Shown here piece by piece: positions 1-14,037 of a stretch of 64,000 nt of DNA. The notes under the pieces are model-generated. The model had not been told where the DNA came from. It saw only the letters and a list, made by a program, of their open reading frames with translations, and made no database searches. Source of the DNA: Octopus vulgaris (taxonomy: Eukaryota); assembly GCA_951406725.2 (NCBI GenBank), contig OX597815.1, positions 33,666,001-33,730,000 of the forward strand. The letters run 5' to 3'. A program made the position numbers and the translations under genes. Positions within the stretch are counted from its first letter, which is position 1. Each line of letters starts with the position of its first letter.

Positions 1-199
1 CATCCAGCCATAGAGACCAATCATTTGATCAAGGTGTGGTTCTTCAACCCATTTGTGTGGATGGGGGCCCCTCAATAAGATCTGTAATAATTGACACCAG
101 TATTTAAAAAATGGATGTAAAATGATGTATATGTGTGGATGTGTTATGGTCTGTAAGTGTATGTGTGTAGGGGTTGACTTCAGTTAACTTTAACCTTTA

Positions 200-1260
200 T
201 TTATCCTCATCCTTGTATTATTGTGGTAGATGATGTTTATGGAGTTATTGTTACTCCATTCATTCAATCTATTGAGAGAGTGTGTGGGTCAGAATCTGCT
301 TCCAGTTTACATACCACTTTTATAATCTATTGGACTGTTGGGTCTTTTAGATGTGGGGGAAAATTTTGTTATTTCAACATTATTTAATCTGTTACGTTTT
401 TGCTATTTGGTAGATTCTAAATGTTTTCTTTTCATGCCAGTGTTAGTGAGCCATTTCTCCTATATAGAGTTCAGTGGTGTCTCTATACAGCCCTCCCATT
501 GATCTGTGATGCACTAAATTTCTAGTTTTCTAATTTATGTGTGGTTCACTGGTGCAGAGTCAAGTTGCCAGTACAGAGTTTTTTTCCTAAATATGTTTAA
601 CTTAATAGAGACTTGACAGATCTGCTTGTTTTTATTTTTATTGTTTTTCTACATTGCCACAGGGATGGGCCCATGTGGAAATATGTTGATGACATTAAAA
701 CTGTAATCAAAACAATCCCAGTAGATGATAGTCAGGAAATAGAAAAAACAATCTGATGGAGAGTATTCAGTGCAAAAACAAACTCCATCCAGCAGAGCAT
801 CAAGGGCTTCTTCAACTAACTGTCCTAGCACTCCATCAACAGACCTGCATTTCTAGATATTAAACTATGGCTAGAAACCATATGCAACATAAATCAACTT
901 TTCCAACATATAACAACAATGCACAGAGAGGCATTGTGACCAGTAGTGTATATCGAGATTGAATAGTCTGGTTGATGCAATGATGTATTATAGCTTACAT
1001 TGCTGGGCACTCCATGTCTGGGTTCTTTTAGCCTGTTCTGTAGCTTGCTTTTTTAATGTCTGTCAGCCATACAGCCACATCAACAAGATGGGTGTGGTTG
1101 TATCCTCTCCAAATATACAGCAACTATTTTATCTTTTTGCTGAGATTTGTTTTTGGTCTCGGCTTTCATCTTGCTTTTAGATACATGGTTTGGTCAATAG
1201 GTATCTGGACTGTTGCCATAGTAATGAAGCTAAAGCATGCAAAGTGAAGCCACTTGGTCT
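200..1260. mobile_element. Degraded Penelope-like retroelement fragments in mixed orientation
   Basis: Minus-strand YIGE (455-466) and LQNRLKEP (~1020-1043) resemble the GIY-YIG endonuclease region; plus-strand WKYVDDI (676-696) resembles an RT catalytic motif; boundaries approximate. Confidence 0.4.
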
Positions 1261-3561
1261 AGTTTGACCTTGAACTCTGCTGTGCTTGTACACTGAGTTT
1301 TAATGTTCTAGTTCATTTCTGCTGTTTACAGCAGTGCTTGGAAGGAAGGTGTGTAGTGTGTGATTGTCACATTTACCATGACAGAAAGTTGAGCAGAAAA
1401 TCTGCATCAAATTTTGCCAAAAGCTTGGTGATTATGCAAAGAGGCTTATGCAAAGTTTTCAAAACATTTTCATCATTCTCGACTCAATCAAAGGTTCAGT
1501 ATAACTGTTTTCTTCAAGTAAATTACGAATTTAAAATGTGGTTCGGAGAAAAAAATACCAAGAAATGGAATGGGAATTGACACCCTTACTTCAGCATCAG
1601 TGAAGAGAGTGAAGGCATACTGAGGATTAGCCAGATTTTACTGGCCTATGGGTCATAAAACAACAGACAATGTCACAAAAAATTATTTCTTTAAATGGGA
1701 CTTTTTTCATTGCTTGTGATATGCAGGAATATAGTGTATATACTCTAAAAACCATAATGTATACAGTACACAAACACACACACAAATTATGTATGAATAT
1801 ATATCACTAAGTCCATGTACCACCCAATCTATGCAAGGATGTAAACAAATATTTAAAATCCTCCAAAAAGAAAGGAAAATCCAAACACTGTATGTGCTAC
1901 ATTTTGTTTCAAGCTATAATTTGTATATTTCTGATTCCTAATGAAATACTATTATATTTACCATGTTAAAAACATTTTGTATACTTTTTGAAGTAGCTTA
2001 TGCAATTTTACCTATCTTTAGGTTTTTAGGATATCTATTTAATAAGAGTAATAGCAACAGCTAGTTTCTTTTTCCTTGATATTCACATCAAAATAAAAGA
2101 ATAAATATGTTTGAAGAATGGTCTTTAAATTAACAAGATTCTGTTGAGTTTTTTAAGTGTTCATTTGAAAGCAATATCTACATTGTTTACACTTGTTTTA
2201 TGTAAACCTTTATAGATTATTGTTAATGAGGCTCTACATCAGATTTTATGGCTGTCGGGTCACACCAACCTCAGCTTTACAAATGTGAAGCAACAAGGGT
2301 CAAACTCAGTACAAGACTGAAGAAGGAATTAGTTACTATTTAAGAATGTAAACACTTGTCAAATTTTTGTTAAAAATATTTATTTTATCATTTAATCACT
2401 GAGCATAAACAAGTTCTTTGATATCTCAAGATATAATATAACCCCTCAAAAAATCAAAAATATACTCTATCCTCTGTTTTATTTTGTTTTGTTTTTACAC
2501 TCAAGTATAATGCTAACCACCAATTTTCATGATGTTGTTGTGTATTAAATTTCTCACATTACACATTGGAAAATACAGTAGGTAGATTTAATGAGGTTAA
2601 AATCAATTTTTAGTAAATTGGGAAATTATTTGATGTTATTTAAAATTCATGCTGCTTTCTTAGCTTTCAAAGTGACAAAGGGGTAATTTCTTTTCCCATT
2701 AAAATAATTAATGATAGAATTAATGTATCTGCCAAAAAGGCAGATAGGATTTATCACATAAATGAAACCAGATTGTTGTTTACTTGTGTTAACTTGTTCA
2801 AGCTAGTGAGTTGCGGCCTTGCTGTAACATTGTCATAAATACATAACTTCGTTATTTCATTACATAATCATTGCTTGTTTTGCTATGTTCTGGTCATCTT
2901 TGTTTTACACAATTTGTATATTTTTTTCATTGCTATATAATTTTAGCATGATATGCAACTGTCACAAGACCACATATTTCGTTCTTTCATCTCTAGTCAT
3001 AATTTGGAACAAAAAACTGGATTCGTTCCTAGTACAATGCTTCCTAAATCTTTACGATTTCATGGCTTTTATAAGTGTTGCTACTTCTTCCAGTTATGTT
3101 CACCAAGGCATGTAAAATTAAGTATCCAAAACAGAGTAAATCAAATTATAGCAGATACAAATTCACAAACCAGTAACTGGCTGGACTAACAAAACTTACA
3201 AACCATAAACCAATTCATTTGTCCATCATCATCATCGTCATCTGTACACACTTTTTCTCTCCTTACTTTGCCCCTGTACAGTTGTAATCTCAGATGCTAC
3301 ATGTTGTTATCCTTTTTTGTTTCTTTTCCCACTGCATCTATTCTTTTTTCTTTTTGTTATCATGATTAGGGTGGTTTTTGTTGGAGTGATAGTTTTGTTT
3401 TTCAGCTGTGACCCCTACTACCAGCAACTCAACAATGAATTACAATGGGACCTATTGCCAGTCAGGCTAACTGGATGAAGCAGTTATTTCTTTTGCTCAA
3501 GGGCATGAGTAGCCAACACATTATATTTTAGACATTTTACCTTGAATAGAGTTCTAAAAAC

Positions 3562-3755
3562 TTGACCCTTCTGATACTTCAGTTCTGTGAAATAAACTTC
3601 CTGTTTTAAAGAAATTTAAATTAAAATCTTCAATCAAAATTTCATGCTAATTTATGTTCCAAACAGCAGTTGAATAATGACGAAGTCATTTTACTAAATT
3701 CTTCATAATTTTCACAATTAATGAAAATAAAGTCTATTTCAACAGAAACGGTTAA
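3562..3755. mobile_element. TTAA-type MITE copy, same family as 23209-23665, opposite orientation
   Basis: Starts ttgacccttctgatac; shares ttttactaaattct and aatttatgttcc blocks with the reverse complement of 23504-23665. Confidence 0.6.
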
Positions 3756-4172
3756 TCTATACACTATAAATTAATATTTACAAAAATGTCTTCTTTGGCT
3801 ACCAATATTTCATATTTCTGCTAACGATTCATCTTTGAGGAAGAATTTCTTTCTTTCTGAAGGCAAGCATGTCATCAGATTAGGCTTTTAAATTAAATTT
3901 GTAGCATTGAGAGCATGATAAGCTATATTCTATTAATGTTGTTTATGCAGTGTAATTAGAATATTAAAAATTATCTACCATGGAAATGAATTTCAGAACC
4001 ACATTATCTTAATCAACGTTTATTCGTTTCACTGATATATACAAAATATATGCCAGTCATTTGCTGGGAGTCAACTAATCAGCTATATTTCCTTATTTGA
4101 CACTTTTGAAAAAAAAAATTTATCTTGGTGATATCTATTTCATTTTAGATAGAACAAGGTTGAAATTTCATA

Positions 4173-4520
4173 GGCGCAGGAGTGGCTATGTGGTAAGTAG
4201 CTTGCTTACCAACCACATGGTTCCGGGTTCAATCCCTCTGCGTGGCACCTTGGGCAAGTGTCTTCTACTATTGCCTCAGGCCGACCAAAACCTTGTGAGT
4301 GGATTTGGTAGACAGAAACTGAAAGAAGTCCGTCATATATATGTGTGTGTCTGTGTTTGTCCTCCCAATATCGCTTGACAACCGATGCTGGTGTGTCTAG
4401 GTCCCCATAACTTAGCGGTTCGGCAAAAGAGACCAATAGAATAAGTACTAGTCTATTTGCTTGACTAAAGGCGGTGCTCCAGCATGGCCGCAGTCAAATG
4501 ACTGAAACAAGTAAAAGAGT
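4173..4520 (+). mobile_element. tRNA-derived SINE, family A, near full length
   Basis: A-box-like TGGCTATGTGG, B-box GGTTCAATCCC, CTTGGGCAAG core, internal (TG)n, tail GACTGAAACAAGTAAAAGA; several copies in window. Confidence 0.88.
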
Positions 4521-4847
4521 ATGCAAGTCAAAGTTAAACTCCAGGTATATTTTAATTTGTGTATTAACTTTAAAGTTTTTTTTTTTTCTAGATTTGTGTA
4601 CAGTACCTAAGATGTGCTAAAATAAAAATTAGTTTCATGTTTTGAAATTTATGTATAAAATTAATGCAAAATGCAGTTCTAATGACAGATTTATATTGGC
4701 AATGGATCAAAATTTACTTCCACATTTATTACTTTTGTGTGATATAGTTTGTGGTATCCAATAACTTTTAAAATTTGTTTAGTCCTTTTTAGATATATTA
4801 AACATTTATAGTTTCAAATTTTCTCTCATTTTTGCTCCTTTACACAG

Positions 4848-4905
4848 CGTCCAAAAAGGAAACCTTTGAGGGAATTCTTCATTGATGAAGATGAAGCTTT
4901 AGAAA
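4848..4905 (+). CDS. DIP2: DIP2 exon w1 (RPKRKPLREFFIDEDEALE)
   Basis: tacacag| ... A|gtaagt; phase 0 to 1; 58 nt. Confidence 0.92.
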
Positions 4906-5787
4906 GTAAGTTGATTTTTCTTTCTTTTATTTAGCAGTTAAATTAGCATTAATTATCAATTTAAAGTTACCATTAGAGCTATTTTGCTGATAATTTTATT
5001 TCACTAACTCTATTGTTTTTTTGTAAACTAAAAATTTTCACACTGTTCTTTTCTCCAACATTATGTCATGTTAAACAAAAGCTTTATAATGGTTTGGGAG
5101 TATTTTCCTTGAACTTGGTTCTTTAAAAACAACTCATTTAAATTTATTAACTGGAAAATATATTTCCATTCCTTCTTGCACAGTATACTCAGACAATTTC
5201 TTGCTTACAAAAGGGTGTCATTTGATTTGTCTACATATGTTACATGCAGATGTTATATTTGATGCATCCTTAGATAACATTTCATGAATATAATTTTTAA
5301 AAATCTCATAAACTAAGCTAAATAACATTTTTATTGATAAATATTTTGGAATTACATTCCACCTATCATTTTCAACTAACATTTCTCTTGCACTATAATT
5401 CATTTATTAATATATTCTTATTTTCTATTTCATAAGCTCAATCTCTACTCTACCAAATCAGATTACTAACTGAAACCTTACCTTTCCCATATAAAACTGT
5501 TCTTAAAATTTCTGCCTACAAATGTTTTTCTTTAGTCACAATCATTTGCTTTATCATACATATAACTGCTACTTTATATATGTATATAGGCCTGTTGGTG
5601 CAAACAGGAAAAAATAGAGCTCAAAATATGAGTACATTGTATGTTTTTATTAATATTTAGCTGAAGTAAAAGAGTGGTTCAACGTTTGAAAGTTTCGTGC
5701 ATTAGCATTTATCAAAGTGATAAGTACCAATGCATGAAACTCTCAGACCTTGTGTCACTCTGTTACTATATCAATAAATATGTGTGC

Positions 5788-5869
<82 letters not shown>

Positions 5870-7590
5870 GCATGCGTGTGTGTGTGTGAGTAACACTTCT
5901 GTTCAATACATTAAAGATATCATTTTCTTTTTCATCTTAATTTTTCCTCACCTCACCTTAAGCCTTGCACTAAAATCTTGCGCCTAGTCCTTTACAAGGA
6001 ACTGCTTACTATAGAATTTATTCCATTCTAATTGTTCTAATCAAACACACTTTTCTTTGGAAATAACATTAGCTAAAGTTCTAAGTGATTTATATCTTGT
6101 AAGACCCTTTTAAATAATGAGATTGATATAATATTACATCCTACTGTAGGGAATACTGATATATATATTTAAGTTTTCAGCTATTTCTAGTCATGCCATA
6201 TATTCTGTGGTGGCATTCTTGAAATTGAGTCCAAGCACAATAGCTTACAAAATCAATCCAATATTTTTCATTTTCTGGACTTGGTTTTAAATTTTATGTT
6301 CAATTAGTGTTTTATTATTCTTTTTTTTTCCCTTATCATTTTCTAGTTTATGACAAACCAGAGTATGTATTGTATTTTTATTGTTTTCATATCTAGTTTG
6401 TACCAGCAATATAAAACTTGGCTACAGAAAAGCATTGACATTGTTAAATTGTTCATAAACCCTATACTTTAACCTTCTGGATTGACTAATCTCTAGTGGA
6501 AATATCATAGCTATTACAACCAGGTAGCATTATATATATAAATTAAGAGCTTCTGAGTAAACACCATTCTTTGTTTTCTGGTTTGGAGCATAAGCAAATA
6601 AGTCTTGCAGACTACCTACCCTGGAGCAACCAACAAAGCTGGCCTTGAGAAAAGCAAGCCAATAGATTTCAAAGACTTACCTTGAGCTTTATTAGTAGAC
6701 ATTGCAAAGCAAAGTTGCACTGGGAATTGTGTTCGTCTGAACTCAAATGGCATGTCCATGTTCCATGTTAGCATGGGTTGGATGGCTCAACAAGGGTCCA
6801 ATGTATCAAGGACTGCACCAAACTCAACTGCCTGCTTCAGCATGTTTTCTATAGTGGATGCCCTTCCTAATGCCAACCACTTTATAGTGTGTACTGAGTG
6901 CTCTTTTCATACCACTAGCACTATTGAGGTCACCATGTAGCTTGGAAGTCAACAAACCCAAGGAGAGAATGTTTGATTCCCTCCCCTTAAAATACCCCTA
7001 GGTATCTGTAGCTCTCTACTGGTTCTGACTCATTATCATTATTATTATTATTATTATTTAGAAGTTATTAATAGTCAAAAGTAACTAAGTACTAGGATCC
7101 CTTTCATATTATAAATAAAAGCTGATTTTATTTCCTGTACATACAGAAGTCTATATCTTTATATATGCGCATGAGTGTCTTGGCAATTAACAGACAAAAC
7201 TAAAGCATATAATAATATAATGTATATTTGTCTTTCAGCACCTCCCATAGATCCAAATGCACCCAAACCTGAAGGAGCTGAACTGACTCCCGTTGCAGGA
7301 GAACAACTCTGTGTTTGTATTAACTATTTTCTAATTTTTATTTTATTTATTTGATTTGATTTGGATGCCTAGTTTTGCAGTCAGAATAACAACTGGACGC
7401 AGGCATGGTTGTATGGTTTAAAAAGTTCACTTTATAACAACGTGATTTGGGATTCAGTTCCTCTGTGTGGCACCTTGGACATGTTTTCATCTCTGTCCAT
7501 GGGTTGACTAATACTTTGTGAGTGAATTTGGTTGATGGAAATAGCCTAAGTCCAATGTATGAATATGAGGCTCTGTGTGTGTGTGTGTGT

Positions 7591-7628
<38 letters not shown>

Positions 7629-10600
7629 CTTTGTCTCTCACCACTTGGCAATTGACAGACTGTGTCAATTTGTTTATGTTCTCATAACTTAACAGTGAGT
7701 GATAGAATAAATCAGATTTAATATAAAATTTGTGGTTGATTTAATCAACTAAATTCCTTCAAAATAGTGCCTCGACATAGCTGTAGTCTGAAAACTGAAA
7801 TAAAAATTGTTACTGTTTTGTAATTATGGATAAACTTGCTTCAGATGATGAGTCAGTATCTTTTGCATGTAACCTCTTACATAATCATGAAGTTGAAGTG
7901 CCTACACTATTCTGCTATTATGATTAGCTATAGTAATTAGTGATTTATATATTGATTGCAATGAATTTTTAAAAACTGTTTTCTTTTGATGTGTATGATT
8001 AAATGTATCGGTTTTTAACATGTGATGATTTTAAAAGTAAGAGAATTTTGAAGAGTGTTATAATGACCTACTGAGATGTCTCAGAAGCTAGAAAAAGCAG
8101 TTAAATTAAAGTGAGATACATTTGATACCTCTTATTAACTACAAATTAATGACTTGTATTAATGGTTTCTAATTGAGGTACAAGGACAGCAGTTTTCGAG
8201 GTGAGGGGTCAGTCATTACTATTAACCTTAATACTTGACTGGTTCTTTATTTCATTGACCCCAGACGGATGAAAGGTAAAATTAACCTCAGCCGGATATG
8301 AATCCAGAACATTATGAGTCAAAAGAAATACCACAAAGCATTTCTTCCAACACTTTAATGATTCTGCCTGCTTGCTGTTTTCATGAGCTGTATTAATAGA
8401 AAGTATCTATTGTAATATATAGATCTCTAAGAAATAAACAACAACACTTAAAAATTTCAAACAAGATAAAATATACAATGTAAGGAAATATAATAAGGAA
8501 ATAAAATTTCTTAAATATCTATACTGAATTAGCTATTCTCAGTAATTTTTATCGCTTTGTGTGATGCATGTGGTTGGTGGGGTGACAATTTTCAAAGGTC
8601 GCACCATCAATTAGCACGTTAATAGTAGGTTGTGTCAGCTATCAAATGTCAACATTATTATTAACGTTAACAACTAAGAGAACTGTAAACCTAACTTACT
8701 ACTACAGAGAAAGGGAATCAAAGGAAAATATATAAATCTGTGCACAATTTTGTACCATTTGATCATATTTATCAAAGCTGTTAGATGAATTATCCCTGCG
8801 TAAGGATCTGTATCTATATTTAGGATATACTTAGTATTTGTTGTTTATTAAAGCAATTTTTGTAGGATTATTTTCTTACATTGGAAAGAAAATGATTTAA
8901 TTGTTTTTATTATCTTGTATTTCATAAGCAATGGTTTCAAAAAGTAAAACAAAATAAAAATCTCATTTCAGAATTTGGGTGTAAATGTAAGATCGAGTCC
9001 AGCTTTCATGTTCTGTTATTTCTTAGTACAATTAGGTTGTAGGCTATTATTTCAGCAGTCTCAAAGTTAACTACACCAGTCTTAAGGTCTGGGATGGCCT
9101 ACAAAGGTCATGAGTATTGCTTCTCTTCTGACTAACTTATTAAAATATATTTCAAATTACACTCATTTAGATCTACTTTATACATTAAGTTATCATTTCA
9201 GCTGAAGTCAGCATTGGGAAATTTCATTATTATAGTTATTTTAGATCTATGAAGAATTTTCCCTCTTTGTGTATATAACTATAACTGTACATTCATAATT
9301 ACACACATAGTTTTCATGTTTGCTGCATATTTTCTCAAACTTTTCTCTGTCTTCTTTCAAAAATACTTTGAATTGAAATTTACTGTTTCACAACATGAAG
9401 CTGGTGTCCAGTTTTCACTTAAATTGAAACAGTTTAGAAAATCAAAGTAGAAAAAAAAAAATGAAGAAAAAATCTCCCAAACTTTGCAGCATTCAGATAT
9501 CATGTAAAATAATGTCTGACAGTGTAAATCAATTGTTTACATAGTGAAATCACATTTTCACAAATGTACTGAGATTTGCACTGAAATTCTCATTTAAATA
9601 TGATTAGCTTTCAACCATTTTTAGCTGTGTTGGTTAACATAAATCAGAAAATTTCTGGTTTATGTTACCAGGTTAGTAACACAGGGTTAAATTAAAACAT
9701 ATCTATAATTCAGTCCCATATTTTTTGATATCTTACAGATTCCTTCGGGTTTACCAAAGAGTTTAGAAGCTGCTGTTCAGAGATATGGTTCATCTACTTA
9801 TAAGGCCAATGCAATTACAGTACTTGACCAAAATGGCAAGCCCACATATAATTTGACTTATGGTAAGAATTTAAAATTTAGATATTGAAGATCTTTATTG
9901 TTTGCATTGTAGCTAATCTAAATTTATTCTTGTGGCAATTGGTGTTATTAACATTTAAAGTTACCATGTTTGGTTAATTGTTAATAACTGAACCATTATT
10001 GTTTTTAGCTTTGTTTTTCTCATCTCTGAAGTTTCCTGTAAATATTTATGCACCTTTGCAGTGATGTTGATTATTAGCAAACAAAGAGGATTGAACTGGA
10101 AAATATAATCACCATTGTCTGTGACTAACTTGCTACAGAGCTGTACCTACTTATTGCCATTTGTTTAACAATTGTTTCTATTTGGCTTGAAGTAAACAGA
10201 TCTTTTGTTTATCATACTGCCAGCAATTAATAGTGAGCTCCACTTTTGGAAATCCATTCTTCTAGATACGTTGCCTTCATCATAGCTTGAGGAAATACAG
10301 TTCTTTTGTATGAAAAGAAGTAAAGTAAAGAAGACTTAAATCAAAAGTAAAAAGCTCACTGCACCAATGTATAAAGGAGTGGTACAATAGGAGGGCAGTA
10401 GGAGGTTGAATGAAAGGAATACTATGAGATAATGTGTTTAAATCATTTGACTTTTCAGCTTTTAATTTTTGATTGGAACTTGGAATAATTAATTGAAATT
10501 AAAGCATTTTCTTGATGAATTTCACAAACAATTTGCTAGTGATGCAAATTTTAATCCTTGTATTTTTATGTTTTCGTATTCTTATTGCATGTTACTCTGT

Positions 10601-12501
10601 CTGATGAATTGATTCAGTTTGAAAAATGATTTTAGTTAATTAAAATGAAAGTACATTGTACTTTCAATCTCTTAAAAATTTTGTAATAATTTTCTCTGTT
10701 TATGTAAGTTTCATATAATTTATTTCAATTTTTACAGGAAAACTATTAAGCAGAACTTATAAAATAGCCTACAATTTATTGAACAAAGTTGGTCAAAAGA
10801 GTGGAGAAATCGGAATCAAAAGCGGTGATAGAGTGAGCATGTTTTACTGTTTGTAGCTATTTCAAATAATTTTGTGGTAACATCATTTTTCCCCCTCTCC
10901 ACAAGCACTTTTCAACTATTCCACCATCACTAGAGGAATTAGCTTCTACACTATTTCAGTTTTTAATTAATTAGAGTTACTGTCTTTTTAGGTAGACTGC
11001 ATGTCTTATTCATACATCCCAGTTTTTGGTACAATTTCTACAGATGGATACTCTCTTACTACCACCCACATTACAATGTGTACTGGGTGCCTTTTATTAT
11101 ATCACTGGTCTAATTAAGGTTTCCCTGATTGAACTTTTACCTTGTATCAGTTATTTGGAATAACTGCTCTCCAAAACAAGTTGCCTGCATGCAGCATCCA
11201 CATCTCTTCATTTCCTTCATTTTTGACTGGGTGCATTCCACATTGCCATGAACACTAAAGATCTTGGCTCTCAAGACTAAAGTGTCCCCCCACTAGACTA
11301 TTTCTTGGTGTGGGGGTGTCATGATAAATGGACATGACATCTTGTGCTGTCTGCTAGGTCTAAAGTGTTCCTTTTTCACTGTATCATCTAAGTTATCAAA
11401 GTCAGCCATTATTTGGGGCGTGTGGGTTTGCAAAAAGTTATCTCTGCCATTTTCTGTCTAGGCTAAACCATCCCCTCTGAATTGTGTCACCTAAGTTATC
11501 AGAGCAATTCTTTGTTGGTGCTGTAATGATAAATAGTCATAAAGATGCCAGTGATACTGTCACCATGACACTAAATATGGCATTTGGTACCAAGGGGCTT
11601 TATAATATTGGTATCTAAACCAATTCATCACTGAACTCTTCTTTTTTTTTTTTTCAGCCTCTAAACATCTGAAAATGTATATTATGATGGAAGGATTTGT
11701 TATTTATTTCAAGTTTGATATTCAAACATTATATATTTCATTTGTGAAGAGTTAACTGTTATGTCAATCAGATACATTCTAAACATCTTCCAATAGTGGA
11801 AAGTAAATCAATATTTTTATAATTTCCCATTCATTACCTCTACTAATATAAGACTTATAATGAATTTCATCAGAATCACAATTGATACTCTCTTCTTACA
11901 TTGTAGCAACATTTCATAATCTTTCATGTTTTCTAAATTCTTTTAGGTTGCACTTGTGTATCCCAACAATGATCCCATCTCATTCAGCTGTGCTTTTTAT
12001 GGATGCATTCTTGCTGGTGTTGTACCAGTGCCAGTAGAGGTCCCTCTCACAAAACGAGTATGTATTAATTGGTTTCCTTCATTTACAAATATTATTTTTA
12101 TTTCTATTTCTTTTGATTTTATTTCAAGGACCTTTCTTTTATATTTACAATCCACTAAAGTTTAGCAATACCCTTATTTTGGAGGAAGAAACAAATTTTA
12201 AAAACAGGAAAAAAAAAAAGCACTGAAAATCAGAAGGAAAATACCTTGAAAAGCAAAAACAAATAATTACCTTTGCAAGGTATAAAACATGTTGAAAATT
12301 CAGAATTTCGTGCGTGCGTATGTGTGTGTACACTTATATATATATTTGAATATATGCAACAATTATAATGATAGAGAATACAGAGACTGGTACATCCTCA
12401 AAATTTATTTCCTTTGTAGCTAGCCATAGCCTGGAACATAACTGAGAGCTACCATGGTATTCGCCGGGATAATATATCACTCTGAACATACATGTGTATG
12501 T

Positions 12502-12540
<39 letters not shown>

Positions 12541-13994
12541 ATAATAATAATAATAATATTAGGGAGTATAACTCCAAACTTACAGGGAAAAATTCAGTTT
12601 AGTATTAAATCAAATTTCACAATATAAATATATAATATATATAAATTAGAGAAAAACCACTATTATTCAAACAATGATAGACATAAACCAAATCATAAAG
12701 AAAAAATTAAAATATATTATAAAACATGTAACTAGATGACAAAAAATACAAAAAAAATGAATATATATATATATTTGTTTGAATTACATAATAGTGGTTT
12801 TTCTTTAATTTATATATATATATATTGTGTGTGTGTGTGTGTGTATATATATAATTCCAAGAGAGTTAGAGGTTGTGAATCCAACCAACTAAGGGATAAT
12901 ATCTATCCGATATATTGCTGGTAGATACCCAATTATTAATACACAAGTGTTTTTTCATTGCATAGCAATTACACTACTGAATGTAATAAATGGGTGTGGG
13001 TAAAAAGTTGTTTTACCCTTAATTTATACAGCAATAAGAAAATGGAGGGGATCAAGAGGTGGTACTCATCAACTTTTAGATATTATATTATGTCTATTTA
13101 TTTATTAAAAAAAACAATTATAATAACGTGCATACATGTATAACATTATGCTTTACATATATAAAAAACCAGTAATTATTAAAATATATAATGTGGAACA
13201 TAGAATGTAGAATATTCTACTTTCTATGTTCTGCATTTACTGATATTTTTATATATGTAAAACATAATATGTCATACATGTATGTACATTATAATTCTTT
13301 TTTTTTTTAAATAAATAAATATGCATAATATAATGTCTAAAGGTTGATGAATACCTCCTTTTCATCCCCTCCATTTTCTTATTGCTGTACGTATGTATGT
13401 ATGTATATATATATATATATAAACTTATTTCAAAATCAAAACCTCAGTATTTTCTTGACTAGTTTGCAATAATATAATATGTAGATTAAGCAAACAAAAA
13501 AAGTGATCAGTGTGTAACATTAAAATCATTTCACCCAATAATACATATTTCACTTATTTTAGATATGTTATATTCATTTCATTGTATATAATAGTTTAAA
13601 TCATTTCTGTGTAATCCAGATATGGTGCTTGAATTAATCACCTATATAACTGATTCTGTTTTTGTATATATATTTTGTGTGTTCAATGTTTTATTCACTA
13701 ATCTATGTATACATGTATTTGATTTTGATTTTCATAAGCTAATACTTATAATGGTTGTTGCTGCTTCACTGCAAATACTATGTAGTTAAGTCATTAATAT
13801 TATAGTATTATGGTCATTTTATTTCATATGTATACTCTGATTCTACTCTTTCAAATGAAATATATTAAATACATTCTATTTTTAGCAATGCCTTATGTGT
13901 AGTGATTCTGGTTTATTGTTGTTTTGGATGCTAAATATTTATGTTTTTGTTTTCAGTTTTTGGGAGTATATATACATACATACATACATGTGTT

Positions 13995-14037
<43 letters not shown>

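Noticed and set aside
3406-3510. Exon-like segment after ttttcag
   Set aside because: Immediate TGA in the required phase 0, no good donor, and it runs into a SINE-core-like ttgctcaagggca
4173-4250. tRNA gene call for A/B-box sequences (also 15001, 26761, 29689)
   Set aside because: No clean cloverleaf seen, and each continues into a shared SINE body and tail
10646-10666. 10-bp palindrome TGAAAGTACA-t-TGTACTTTCA before exon w4
   Set aside because: Short and AT-rich; plausible by chance in 64 kb
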